IMG/VR virus record: IMGVR_UViG_3300038361_000164
Span: 107,086 to 171,085 of that record
Source of the DNA: a virus
Length of the DNA stretch: 64,000 nucleotides
Direction: 5' to 3' (one strand)
The notes below the pieces were generated by a model. That model was not told where the DNA came from, did not search any database, and saw only the letters and a program-made list of their open reading frames with translations. Shown here piece by piece: positions 34,428-43,722 of the stretch. The position numbers and the translations under genes were made by a program. Numbering within the stretch: position 1 is the first letter of the stretch; each line of letters begins with the position of its first letter.

Positions 34428-34838
34428 TTAACTAGATACTAATAAAGAATGTTTTGGACTTGCAGAACCGATTCCAACATTGCCGTTTGCTGCCATATAA
34501 TAAGCATTATTGCTCATATTAAATTGATCGGACCAAGCCCATTTATTTTGCACATATTGTTTGAATTCACTGCGTGTAAGTTCAAATTCAGTTTCTTCAC
34601 TCATTTCCAACATTTCAATTGCTGTGTCATATTGTGCTAAGTATGCTTGAGGACAGTTTAAATTAAAACGTTCTGTAACTTTTCCCTTTTTCTCTAACTT
34701 TCTTAATGCTTTTTCATACTTCTTTTTTGCTTCTATTTTATAACCTTTTAAAGAAATAGTATAATCGCTTTTATGTTCTTTTCTATTCTCTTTTAACTTT
34801 TCTAAAAGGGCTGTCTTTTTTATTGTAACTTGTTGCAT
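34428..34838 (-). CDS. hypothetical protein ending in tail-fibre-like NGNVGIGSASP motif
   Basis: Shares the GNVG(L/I)G..SP motif with 30489..31343. Confidence 0.4.
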   Translation of the reverse strand: MQQVTIKKTALLEKLKENRKEHKSDYTISLKGYKIEAKKKYEKALRKLEKKGKVTERFNLNCPQAYLAQYDTAIEMLEMSEETEFELTRSEFKQYVQNKWAWSDQFNMSNNAYYMAANGNVGIGSASPKHSLLVSS

Positions 34839-35032
34839 ATATCTGGTTGGTTAAGCTTAACTTGCGGAACAGTTGCTCTGCGACGCAATTCTTTTTGTAT
34901 ACTGTGAATTTGAGTATCTAAAAAGAGTTCATCTTCATACTCATTAACATGTACCTTTTCTACTTTTGCGGAGGCCATAAGTTCCGCTAATTCCAGTACT
35001 GTATATTGTCGTAATTCTTCATTATTCGTCAT
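34820..35032 (-). CDS. hypothetical small protein
   Basis: 70-aa ORF. Confidence 0.3.
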   Translation of the reverse strand: MTNNEELRQYTVLELAELMASAKVEKVHVNEYEDELFLDTQIHSIQKELRRRATVPQVKLNQPDICNKLQ

Positions 35033-35522
35033 CGTCCATATCTGGTTTATCTGGTGTTATTAGTTTTAATAAAGCCACATCATTAACTGTGCCGTCTTTA
35101 TTAATAAGTCCTTTGTCTTTTAACATTAGGAAAAATCTAGTTTGTATTTCAGTACAAAGACCTACAGAACGTGCGAAATCCCTGGGACTGTTTAATAAAG
35201 CATATGTATTTGCCAACAGAAGCCATAGTTCATTATAACTTTGTAAAAGCTGTGTAGGCAGTCTTAAGATGTCCAGCAAAAATCCTTGTGCCACTCTATC
35301 TTCTTTTAAAACTAGTGCCAGGGATTCTACTGCCTGTGCGTAGTCTTTTATAAGTTCCTTCGTGTCGGGTACCTGAATATCTTTTTTTACAATGGGAAGT
35401 TCAGGCATATGTTTAAATCTTTGGCACATAGTCGTTTCTTTACAAACGTCACAAGTCGAAAAGAAGGTTTCTTTTTTTGTTGTAAATGCTATATCTGTGC
35501 ATTCTTCACATAAATGTTTCAT
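35022..35522 (-). CDS. hypothetical protein with N-terminal Cys cluster
   Basis: CEEC...CDVC...C. Confidence 0.4.
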   Translation of the reverse strand: MKHLCEECTDIAFTTKKETFFSTCDVCKETTMCQRFKHMPELPIVKKDIQVPDTKELIKDYAQAVESLALVLKEDRVAQGFLLDILRLPTQLLQSYNELWLLLANTYALLNSPRDFARSVGLCTEIQTRFFLMLKDKGLINKDGTVNDVALLKLITPDKPDMDDDE

Positions 35523-35535
35523 AATTAGTACTTTC

Positions 35536-36144
35536 TTAGTTTTTGAAGTTGATATTCAATCCCATATCTTGTAGTTTAATCACTACCTCTGCGTTGCCCA
35601 TCGCGTCATCAACTGGATGATGTGTGTGATGGGTGTCTCTTAGATGTTTCCAAGGTGCGTGCGCATCCTGTACTAATCCACAATATAAATCTCCTATTCT
35701 CCTCGCTGAGAATCCAAATATATTACTTCCTGTATATTTATGTAAATAATAATTAATCCACTGCCAATCAAAGGCGGGATTATCTGTTATAAAAGTTGGT
35801 CTTCTTTTTGGTGAGACCTTGGCCACCCAATCTGCAAAACTTTTCATAGTTTTTTCCGGCTCTGGAAATGCCAAATGTTCTTCTCTTGAATATCCGCTTA
35901 TGGCCAGAGCTTCTGGTATAAAGTTGTCTGTAATTGGAGCTGTTCGTCCAAAGAAAGTTTTCTTTTTTTCTTTCGGTTGTATCACAACAGCACCAAAACA
36001 TACCATGGAGTAATCACCTACATATTTTCCATCCGCTTCTACGTCAACTGAGATATACATTATGTTGTTTCCCCCAAGTACTCTGTGCCTTCTGGAAATA
36101 TTCTTTGCCAAGCAGCTGATACTCCCGCAACGGCCCATTTGCAA
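35536..36144 (-). CDS. DEDD-type 3'-5' exonuclease (tentative)
   Basis: Exo I-like MYISVDVEADG. Confidence 0.4.
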   Translation of the reverse strand: MQMGRCGSISCLAKNISRRHRVLGGNNIMYISVDVEADGKYVGDYSMVCFGAVVIQPKEKKKTFFGRTAPITDNFIPEALAISGYSREEHLAFPEPEKTMKSFADWVAKVSPKRRPTFITDNPAFDWQWINYYLHKYTGSNIFGFSARRIGDLYCGLVQDAHAPWKHLRDTHHTHHPVDDAMGNAEVVIKLQDMGLNINFKN

Positions 36145-36644
36145 TCATACATTCCTGTATGCTTGATTCCATTTACTTTTGGCTTAGGACAATCAAGGCG
36201 TCGTGCTAGATCAATCATAGTTCTAGCGTCTCTATACATTCGATGGTTCCAAGGTAGTTTCCAGTCGTATGCATTGTATAGGTTTTTAATACAACCTAAA
36301 TCGGTCAAAGGTGCTGTACACCATATGTATTTTGCCGAACCTTCTATTTTTACAAATTCATTTAATTCTGCACCTATCCATTTAATAGGTGTTGTAATTC
36401 TATTTACTAGGGGGGCACCAGCACTCTTATTTTGAATAAGCCACCAGGCAATTGTTTCACGTTCTATTGTTCCATAGCCATTTGTTTGCCAATCAAGTAC
36501 ATGATCGAAGCATTTTCCTATTTTTCCTGTTTCAGGATCAAAGTAGCATGCTGCTATTTGTAAGATTGGAGCGGTAGGTAAAATTCCTAGTGTCTCCAAG
36601 TCTATCATTATGTGTTCCATGGGTTTCTGTTTTATAGTTGCCAT
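36060..36644 (-). CDS. DEDD-family 3'-5' exonuclease
   Basis: Exo I motif HIMIDLETLG; overlaps the downstream ORF. Confidence 0.5.
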   Translation of the reverse strand: MATIKQKPMEHIMIDLETLGILPTAPILQIAACYFDPETGKIGKCFDHVLDWQTNGYGTIERETIAWWLIQNKSAGAPLVNRITTPIKWIGAELNEFVKIEGSAKYIWCTAPLTDLGCIKNLYNAYDWKLPWNHRMYRDARTMIDLARRLDCPKPKVNGIKHTGMYDCKWAVAGVSAAWQRIFPEGTEYLGETT

Positions 36645-37369
36645 GTTCCTCCTTTAAATTTATGACCTAGTGAGCCTCTCTGCTCTCTATATCGTGTTTC
36701 TTGTGCGGCTTTCATTATCTCACGTAGTTGGTAATAGTCGGTAGCGAACATAATACCTAATCTTTCGGTTTTGTATATATACTGTTCCGCCGCAGACGCA
36801 TCTCTTTGCCTATTTGATGACATAACCGCTTGTCGTCTACGATCTCCTAATTCATTTAAATTAAAAGGCAATCTGCCCAAAAGTTCATCACTGATATTTT
36901 TAATAGGTAATAACCTCGTGAGCTGGGGGTCTACATATATTCCCGGTAGTATTGGAAAGTGGGATTCATTAATAAACCCCAACATAACACTTGTTAATGA
37001 AATCCATTCTCTAGCTTGCGTCCAAGTCCAAATATCAAGGACATACTGACATTCTGGCATACTTGTCGGAGTTTTAACTAAAAAAAGTCCATATTCTTTG
37101 GCATTATTTTCATAATACTTCAGAGGTTGCCAGGATGGAATGAAATGTTTCCAAAAGGATAATGCAAGTCTTTTGTTAGCTGCTATTGGTCCTCTCATTT
37201 TACATTTAGAACATTCAACCTGAAAGTGTCCTGCAGTTTCCTCCGCTTCTACTGTATCTACTAATGTGTTTGTTGTACAATGCGGACACCGGGTTAGATC
37301 GTTCCCAAGGTCTGAGTCGTTGTCTTCCCCGATATCCGCCAATGTCCAATGTTCGTTCTTTTGTCTCAT
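36632..37369 (-). CDS. hypothetical protein with zinc-ribbon
   Basis: CPHCTTN...CSKCKMRG. Confidence 0.4.
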   Translation of the reverse strand: MRQKNEHWTLADIGEDNDSDLGNDLTRCPHCTTNTLVDTVEAEETAGHFQVECSKCKMRGPIAANKRLALSFWKHFIPSWQPLKYYENNAKEYGLFLVKTPTSMPECQYVLDIWTWTQAREWISLTSVMLGFINESHFPILPGIYVDPQLTRLLPIKNISDELLGRLPFNLNELGDRRRQAVMSSNRQRDASAAEQYIYKTERLGIMFATDYYQLREIMKAAQETRYREQRGSLGHKFKGGTWQL

Positions 37370-37386
37370 TCTGTTGTTTTTGGTTA

Positions 37387-38181
37387 TTAGTCCGTCCTAA
37401 TAAAAGACGGAGTATTGTGTTTATGCTGAGTACTCGCAATTTGCGCTTCGACTTTTCGTTTTACATCTGGATGGTTGTACACCTGCCCAGCCAATTCCGG
37501 CACGTCGAGTAGTAGCTGTTTGTGTCGTAGATAAGCATCAATTTCCTCATAAGTAAGTCCAAGTTCGGTTTCATCTGTTTGTCCTTCCCAAAGATCTGCT
37601 GAAGGAGCTCTGCGGTAGATTTCATCTAAAAGTTGACCACTATCAAGATAATGTTGAGCCAATTGATAAATTTCTGTTTTTAAGAAATTAATGACTGGTT
37701 CAAAATCAGAAGCCTGATCTCCCCATTTGGTGCAATAACCTAATAGGTGTTCTGTCAAGTTTTCTGTACCGATTACTAAACAATTGCCGTGTGCGGCATA
37801 ATCATACAAAGTAATCATTCTTAAACGCGCTTTTATATTTCCCACACGAAGATTGTCCTGTGAATTATTGAAAGTTTCACATAATACATTTAATGCCTCA
37901 TCAAGCTCTGCGTTCCAAATATGCATTTCTAAAAGGTTAGCTTGTTTTATAGCAAGTTCATGTGTTTGATACCTACCCATAGGCATAGATATTGCAAATA
38001 CGTTATTCGTTCCTAAGGCTTCTGCACTTAAACAAGCTACCAAAGCAGAATCTATTCCGCCTGACAGTCCAAGCACAACTCCAGTTTTACCTGCATTTTT
38101 TACAGTCTCTTCGATGAACCTTATTATTTTGTTTCGTTCATTCTTTTTTATCATTTGATTCCTTTCTTTAAAAGTCTCCAT
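37387..38181 (-). CDS. nadE: NH3-dependent NAD+ synthetase (NadE)
   Basis: PP-loop GLSGGIDSA plus NIKARLRMITLY, LVIGTENLTEHLLGYCTKWGDQASDFEPV, matching NadE throughout. Confidence 0.85.
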   Translation of the reverse strand: METFKERNQMIKKNERNKIIRFIEETVKNAGKTGVVLGLSGGIDSALVACLSAEALGTNNVFAISMPMGRYQTHELAIKQANLLEMHIWNAELDEALNVLCETFNNSQDNLRVGNIKARLRMITLYDYAAHGNCLVIGTENLTEHLLGYCTKWGDQASDFEPVINFLKTEIYQLAQHYLDSGQLLDEIYRRAPSADLWEGQTDETELGLTYEEIDAYLRHKQLLLDVPELAGQVYNHPDVKRKVEAQIASTQHKHNTPSFIRTD

Positions 38182-39031
38182 AATTTACTTGTATACATGT
38201 AAGGCCTAGTTCTTTGCGCCACATGTCTACAACTTGTTGTCGGTCATCTACTACAAAGTCCACATAGTATTTACCACGAATGTTTTCTTCAAACATACGT
38301 TTCTTAACTATGGAATCTTTTTCGTTGTTTACCGTTTCACGTATAAACATGTCTATGAACGGCACTTTTTGTCCATGTAACCAATCTTTTGTATCTATTT
38401 CACAAATATCATCTCTGCCTGTAAATATTATGATTGGCACTGTCAGTGCTTGTGCTATTTGTATGACTGGTTTATTTGGAAGATCGTCTTTGACTTTCGA
38501 GAAATCAAAAGAACCTCTGTCGCCTCTAAGGGCTAATGTTCCGTCTACGTCAAATATCACACAATGGGGTAATGATGGGTCCTCGTCATATATTACAGGT
38601 AGAGGTGCTAAGTATCTGTTATAGAAACTCCATATTACTTTTTCTCCTGCAGAGTTTTTCCGAAGAAGATCGCGTCTAACACATTCTTCTGGAGATATAT
38701 CAAGGAATTTTTTATAACTAACTTTAAGTTCTTCTGTAATACCTTTAGCGATTAAAGCTTCTCTATAAAGAGCTATTTTTGCTTTGTTTACATTAACATC
38801 TAAATTAGTTGCATCAAGTATAACACTGAATCCTTGTGAGAAAGCGCTAAGTACACAAGTATTTTCCCATTCAGTAATAAGATCTTCTTGTTTAGGTATC
38901 CAATATACTCCTCGCATATTTCTAAGTGCATCCCTGCTTACGCGAATGTAGTTTTTGTTTTTCTTACAGAACTCCTCTGCCCAAGTAGATTTACCACTAG
39001 CCGGAAGTCCCTGTAGTATTGTTAATTTCAT
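38168..39031 (-). CDS. pnk: polynucleotide 5'-kinase/3'-phosphatase (T4 Pnk-like)
   Basis: N-terminal P-loop GLPASGKST with kinase region; C-terminal HAD motif CVIFDVDGTLA, as in T4 PseT. Confidence 0.8.
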   Translation of the reverse strand: MKLTILQGLPASGKSTWAEEFCKKNKNYIRVSRDALRNMRGVYWIPKQEDLITEWENTCVLSAFSQGFSVILDATNLDVNVNKAKIALYREALIAKGITEELKVSYKKFLDISPEECVRRDLLRKNSAGEKVIWSFYNRYLAPLPVIYDEDPSLPHCVIFDVDGTLALRGDRGSFDFSKVKDDLPNKPVIQIAQALTVPIIIFTGRDDICEIDTKDWLHGQKVPFIDMFIRETVNNEKDSIVKKRMFEENIRGKYYVDFVVDDRQQVVDMWRKELGLTCIQVNYGDF

Positions 39032-40124
39032 GTTCCTCCATGAATGGTGTTTCGTGTTTTGGTTTTAAGTTTTTCCATATTAAAGGATCTAGACTTTCTA
39101 AATCCAACAGTTTAAATAAATAAAATGTATATCCTTTCTTAGTCTTGGCCCACTCTGCAATTTCTTTTCTAGTGGCATATATTGGAGCCTCATCAAATAT
39201 TTCATATACCTTTCCTTTAATTTCTTTAAACCTATCGGTAAGGCCTTTTTTAGTAAGTTTAACCCAATCATAGAATTCATCTGGTACGTTATTTAGGATT
39301 TCATTGAACTCAGTGCCATCTCGTAAATATTCCCAAATGAGCCTACTAGTAACTCCAGTTAATATTCTGTGCAATCTAACATATTCCTCAAATTTGATCT
39401 TCATCATGAAGTTGTTAGAAAATCGTATAACATATCCTTCTTTGTTACTAAAGTTTTGATTCTTTAAAGTTTGGAAGTCTGTATATTTATACTCTTTAGC
39501 GTGGTCAAATCCTTGTCCCCAAATACTTTTAAAGTCCCCAGTTTCGTTGTGTACCTTAGCTAACAACACTATATCGTCTTTACCTTCGTACGTTATGACA
39601 ATTCTATTTTCTGGATAAATTATTTCAAAAAGATATGTTGTTTCTCTGTTGAAGGTTTTCCATAGATGTCGGTGTCTTGTATGTAGAAGTCTAGTTGCAT
39701 GCATAGCTTGTTCAGAATTAAAACTACCCCTTGTGGCTATAAATGGGGTATTTCCGATCCAGTACATGATGCCTAGAGAGCCATCTAACTTTTCTAATAT
39801 GGTGTAGGACAAATTCGGTATTTCTTCTGCCGTATGCTCTTCCATATTAAAAAATTTAGGGAAAGGTCTAGATACGGTATTATAATCTTTATCTAATATC
39901 AATCCTCTGGCTATTCTAGTACATTCATTCCAGATACCTTCATACTGTGCTGATTTACTATAATTATATAGCCACAAATCCGCTGTTGGATGTTTTTGTA
40001 CATTTATATATTTCTTATGTACCATGTCCAACAATAATACTACATTAATCTTCGTAGTCATCATCATATGTTCTCTTAAAACACAGGTACCAAAAGTATC
40101 CTGGGTATAAGTAGCATTTAACAA
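38997..40124 (-). CDS. rnlA: RNA ligase 1 (T4 RnlA-like)
   Basis: 375 aa (T4 Rnl1 is 374 aa); matches YNYS, ECxR..G, PFPKFFN, adenylation motif KLDGSL, SFNSEQA, PENRIV, NETG. Confidence 0.8.
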   Translation of the reverse strand: MLNATYTQDTFGTCVLREHMMMTTKINVVLLLDMVHKKYINVQKHPTADLWLYNYSKSAQYEGIWNECTRIARGLILDKDYNTVSRPFPKFFNMEEHTAEEIPNLSYTILEKLDGSLGIMYWIGNTPFIATRGSFNSEQAMHATRLLHTRHRHLWKTFNRETTYLFEIIYPENRIVITYEGKDDIVLLAKVHNETGDFKSIWGQGFDHAKEYKYTDFQTLKNQNFSNKEGYVIRFSNNFMMKIKFEEYVRLHRILTGVTSRLIWEYLRDGTEFNEILNNVPDEFYDWVKLTKKGLTDRFKEIKGKVYEIFDEAPIYATRKEIAEWAKTKKGYTFYLFKLLDLESLDPLIWKNLKPKHETPFMEEHEINNTTGTSG

Positions 40125-40275
40125 ATTCTTCTTTTGTGTTTACAATGTCGTTAAGAGAATCTGAATACGAATCATTTGTAAATGTTTTAGCTAAAATAAT
40201 GATATAATATGCTAATAAAAACATGATTCCTACTATGATTAAAAATATGAAAAAGCCGTGCATAGTGCTCCTTTC

Positions 40276-40515
40276 TTAAAGTTTTCCTTTTTTTACGCCC
40301 TCTTTTACTTGTGCTTCAGTTATGAAAAAGAAGGGCATTTTTTTAGAATTCATAACTGTCTCATAATTTGGTTTCATACCAAACTGTCGTTCAAGTTGAG
40401 ACTCTATTTGTCTGTACATAAAAGCTGCGCTTGGGCTATACATAAGATCTATATCTAACATAATGTCCCAAGTTTTGTACTTATCGCGTCCCTCGTATCG
40501 AACCATTTTTGTCAT
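40276..40515 (-). CDS. hypothetical small protein
   Basis: ATGA overlap with the upstream gene. Confidence 0.35.
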   Translation of the reverse strand: MTKMVRYEGRDKYKTWDIMLDIDLMYSPSAAFMYRQIESQLERQFGMKPNYETVMNSKKMPFFFITEAQVKEGVKKGKL

Positions 40516-40775
40516 AGTGGTAAGTTGGTTATGATTTTAAGAGTTTCTGTAGTTACTTTTCCGAAGTATGCTTTCACTGTTAAGCTTCCATCTGTGAGGT
40601 CATACCAAGACTCTGGAATCCCCCTAAGAGTATGAGTCAAATCGTATACTGTATTCTTTCCTGCTTTGCAGTATAGAAAAGACTCTCTTCGATCTCCTGG
40701 TGTTTCGATTTTAAAAGCCGTTCCAGGAGCTAAACTGTCGATCAACTCAAACCCTGTTAATTCTGATTGTGCCAT
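40512..40775 (-). CDS. hypothetical small protein
   Basis: Ends with TGA overlapping the next ATG. Confidence 0.35.
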   Translation of the reverse strand: MAQSELTGFELIDSLAPGTAFKIETPGDRRESFLYCKAGKNTVYDLTHTLRGIPESWYDLTDGSLTVKAYFGKVTTETLKIITNLPL

Positions 40776-41174
40776 CTATTCGTCTCCTATTAAGTCAGCC
40801 CAATCGCTTTCAAATATATCATCATTTTCTTTGTAATCCTTCTCAATACGATCCACTACTTCACCACGGATACTACCCTCGTCCATATGATCATAAGCCT
40901 TTTGTGCTAAACGCTCTCTGTTTTCTTCAGTATTTTTAGTATGTTCGGGTTCAGGTCCCGTAATAAACAGTTTTAAGGTGCGGCCGTCATCTTGAATGTC
41001 TGTAGTTATTACAAACTTCTTCTTTGTCCAAAGAACATACTCTCTGCCAGGCGGATCGCCAGTACAGTGATTGATTACTTCCAACCTGTTAAAGTCTGTC
41101 ATTGTTTTTGGAATCTGTTCTGTGTTGCTCATTTTAGTTTCCTGGTTATATGCCGTGTGTGAATTCCGATTCAA
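40776..41174 (-). CDS. hypothetical protein
   Basis: 132-aa ORF. Confidence 0.4.
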   Translation of the reverse strand: MNRNSHTAYNQETKMSNTEQIPKTMTDFNRLEVINHCTGDPPGREYVLWTKKKFVITTDIQDDGRTLKLFITGPEPEHTKNTEENRERLAQKAYDHMDEGSIRGEVVDRIEKDYKENDDIFESDWADLIGDE

Positions 41175-41358
41175 GTTCTTCGAAATCCATTTCTTCCAGC
41201 TCTGTGATTTTTTTTGCTCTTAAATAGTCTAAAGCTATTTCTATAATGTCTTCTTTCTTTACAAGTAATTCGCCGTGATCATTTACAATGTTGATTAGAT
41301 CTGGGCTTTTCTTCATAACTATGAAAGAAGTATTTCCCGATTTCGAAGTATAGGACAT
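41146..41358 (-). CDS. hypothetical small protein
   Basis: 70-aa ORF. Confidence 0.3.
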   Translation of the reverse strand: MSYTSKSGNTSFIVMKKSPDLINIVNDHGELLVKKEDIIEIALDYLRAKKITELEEMDFEELESEFTHGI

Positions 41359-41942
41359 TATAGCATCTCAAGTTTGCCTATGGCATAGTTTAATACACGA
41401 GAAGATATATCATCTCCCTGTGCACGTTGTGAATGTAAAAACTCCATCAACTCATTTTCTTCTACCATAAACGATGTAATATCTTCCAAGGCTCCTAACT
41501 TTTGAGTGCCCTTTGCGAGAGGATTTAAAGTTCCCACTGCTGTGTATACTTTTTCCGCAGACATACCAGCACTACTTAGGGCTTCTCCATACATAAAAAG
41601 ACGTTTCTTGATTATATATCCTGTTTCCTCTTCCACTTCTCTGGCAATAGCCTGTGCTGGTGTCTCGCCTTTGTCAACCATGCCGGCAGGAAATTCTATT
41701 ACATAATTTTCTACTGAAGGTCTCCATTGACGAATTAATAACAGTTTATCATATTCACATCCGTTGGTATTGACCATTTTAAATATACCAACTACACCTT
41801 CTTGCTGCTTGGCTCGCTCTACAATTTCCCAATCAGATATTTTTTTTTGTCCCATAATTACTAACTGCTTAGACACAACTTTTAAATATAGTCCCTCATA
41901 CAGTGTTATTCGGTCCTGCACCTGTATCCTTTTATTGCTCAT
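41358..41942 (-). CDS. NUDIX hydrolase
   Basis: NUDIX box GMVDKGETPAQAIAREVEEETGY. Confidence 0.7.
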   Translation of the reverse strand: MSNKRIQVQDRITLYEGLYLKVVSKQLVIMGQKKISDWEIVERAKQQEGVVGIFKMVNTNGCEYDKLLLIRQWRPSVENYVIEFPAGMVDKGETPAQAIAREVEEETGYIIKKRLFMYGEALSSAGMSAEKVYTAVGTLNPLAKGTQKLGALEDITSFMVEENELMEFLHSQRAQGDDISSRVLNYAIGKLEML

Positions 41943-41951
41943 TTCGTTCCT

Positions 41952-42539
41952 TTATGGTATATATAGGTTAATTGGATTGTTTTTGTGTATGTCCACATCC
42001 CATCCAAACTCATTAAATTGTTGTATATCAAAGGGATGTGTAATAATATGAAATCCGTTCTTTGTTGGAAGCGTCATTATTATTTTATCACCATCTGGTC
42101 TACACTCATTGATTGAAGCTCTCATTGTGTCAAGTAAATCTTGACCTATTGTTGGGTTATCGACATCTATAATCCATGTTTTTAGTTTGGCATTGTGGGT
42201 TTGTCCACATGCTTTACTATATGAATTTGATATGGCCTGGCAATTACCGCTGTCCATTGTATTTGCTATATTCTGCAAGGTTTTTAAGGCCACTCTTCTA
42301 TAGCTACGTTTGTTTAGACAGATCATTGCCCTTGCATTAAAAATGTCAGATAATTGTTTAATTTCTTCCCACTTTTTGTCAAGGTATTCAAGACTTCGAA
42401 TGTAGTATATTTTAATTACCCTACTGTTGGAGCTTAGGTTTTCATTTTCTTTGCTTCTTTGTATGATTTGCAAAAAATAGAAATCATCGTCCGATTCGAA
42501 AGTAAGTAAAGGTCTGATTTGTTCTAATACATTAATCAT
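41952..42539 (-). CDS. hypothetical protein
   Basis: 195-aa ORF. Confidence 0.4.
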   Translation of the reverse strand: MINVLEQIRPLLTFESDDDFYFLQIIQRSKENENLSSNSRVIKIYYIRSLEYLDKKWEEIKQLSDIFNARAMICLNKRSYRRVALKTLQNIANTMDSGNCQAISNSYSKACGQTHNAKLKTWIIDVDNPTIGQDLLDTMRASINECRPDGDKIIMTLPTKNGFHIITHPFDIQQFNEFGWDVDIHKNNPINLYIP

Positions 42540-42774
42540 CTTCGCTCTCCGTCTCTTTCCAAGTTATGGTCCCTATGTCGGCGCGCAGTCTCCCTTCGTA
42601 AGCTCCTTCAACCATTACTAGATCTTGTATTTTATCTAATAACTGAAAGGCAAGGTCTGCTTTGTCGTGGGGATCCTCACTGTATATGTTAATTTGTAAG
42701 TTCATAATGGTATCACTCTTGATATGTCTTGAGCTGTTCTTGTAATTGAGATAACATCGTGTATATCCATACAT
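42532..42774 (-). CDS. hypothetical small protein (probably starts at internal MNLQ)
   Basis: Overlaps the upstream ORF. Confidence 0.35.
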   Translation of the reverse strand: MYGYTRCYLNYKNSSRHIKSDTIMNLQINIYSEDPHDKADLAFQLLDKIQDLVMVEGAYEGRLRADIGTITWKETESEDD

Positions 42775-43043
42775 TTAGCGAGCATACCCATTTGTATAAG
42801 AGCTTTTCCCATTTCTGTTAATAACTCCTCGTAAATCATTGTGATGTCGAAAAGGAATCTTTGGCCGTTTAGTCCGTCGAAAACCACAGTTCCTTCCTCT
42901 AACATATGCTCATAGTTGGTTTGTCTGTTAAATTTAAGTCCCAACAGGTGTCCTGTTTCTATAATTGATTCTACTGTCAGTGGTTCTCTAGTCATAATAC
43001 TCCTCAAATCGTTTTTTCTGTTCCTCTGTGAGATCGTCGCCAA
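42702..43043 (-). CDS. hypothetical protein
   Basis: Ends with TGA; the reading frame stays open beyond the TGA. Confidence 0.4.
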   Translation of the reverse strand: MATISQRNRKNDLRSIMTREPLTVESIIETGHLLGLKFNRQTNYEHMLEEGTVVFDGLNGQRFLFDITMIYEELLTEMGKALIQMGMLAKCMDIHDVISITRTAQDISRVIPL

Positions 43044-43167
43044 TCCAATCTAAGATGCCTAAATTCTTATCAATATCCCACTGTTCTTGGGCACTTAGTT
43101 TGAAATAATTTTTAGGTCTCTTGAAGGACTCTTCATACATTTGTTGTTCTGTCATTATTTCTTTCCT

Positions 43168-43722
43168 TTAATTTTTCTGATATAATTTAACTACCTCAGA
43201 AGGTACCAGTTTATCTAACTGTTTCCAAGCTAGTATTAATGTAGGATTCGTTTCCTCTTTACGCAGATTAGTATAGAACTCTGAAGATTCTTTTTGATAC
43301 ATTTTATATTTGTGAATACTATGATGTATGCTGAAATTTATGTTAGCTATTCGATCGCAAATCTTAACAAGTAAAGATATGTCATGATATTTACTTGTCT
43401 GGATTTTCTTATACATAACATCTTTTCGCTCTTTTCGAGTTTTACCAACACCGTCAGTCACATCAAATACAATACATGCTACTGTTTCTCCAAATTCGTT
43501 TTCTAGTTGAGAATACTTCAAATCAGTATCTTCAAGAATATCGTGTAATATACAGCCCATAATAAAGCGTTGTTCATTCTTAGGGTGCATTTCCGCTTTT
43601 CTAATCATAAACGAAGCTGTAGTAACTACAAGCTTTAAATGATAAGTATAGGGAAATATGTCATATCTCTGTCCATGATGTGCTGCTTCTGCAACTAACC
43701 ATGCTTTTTCTATTTGTCCCAT
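43168..43722 (-). CDS. RelA/SpoT-type HD-domain (p)ppGpp hydrolase (small alarmone hydrolase)
   Basis: AEAAHHGQRYDIFPYTYHLKLV and ILHDILEDTD match the SpoT/Mesh1 hydrolase motifs (AH.GQ.R..G.PY..H; LHD..EDT). Confidence 0.65.
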   Translation of the reverse strand: MGQIEKAWLVAEAAHHGQRYDIFPYTYHLKLVVTTASFMIRKAEMHPKNEQRFIMGCILHDILEDTDLKYSQLENEFGETVACIVFDVTDGVGKTRKERKDVMYKKIQTSKYHDISLLVKICDRIANINFSIHHSIHKYKMYQKESSEFYTNLRKEETNPTLILAWKQLDKLVPSEVVKLYQKN

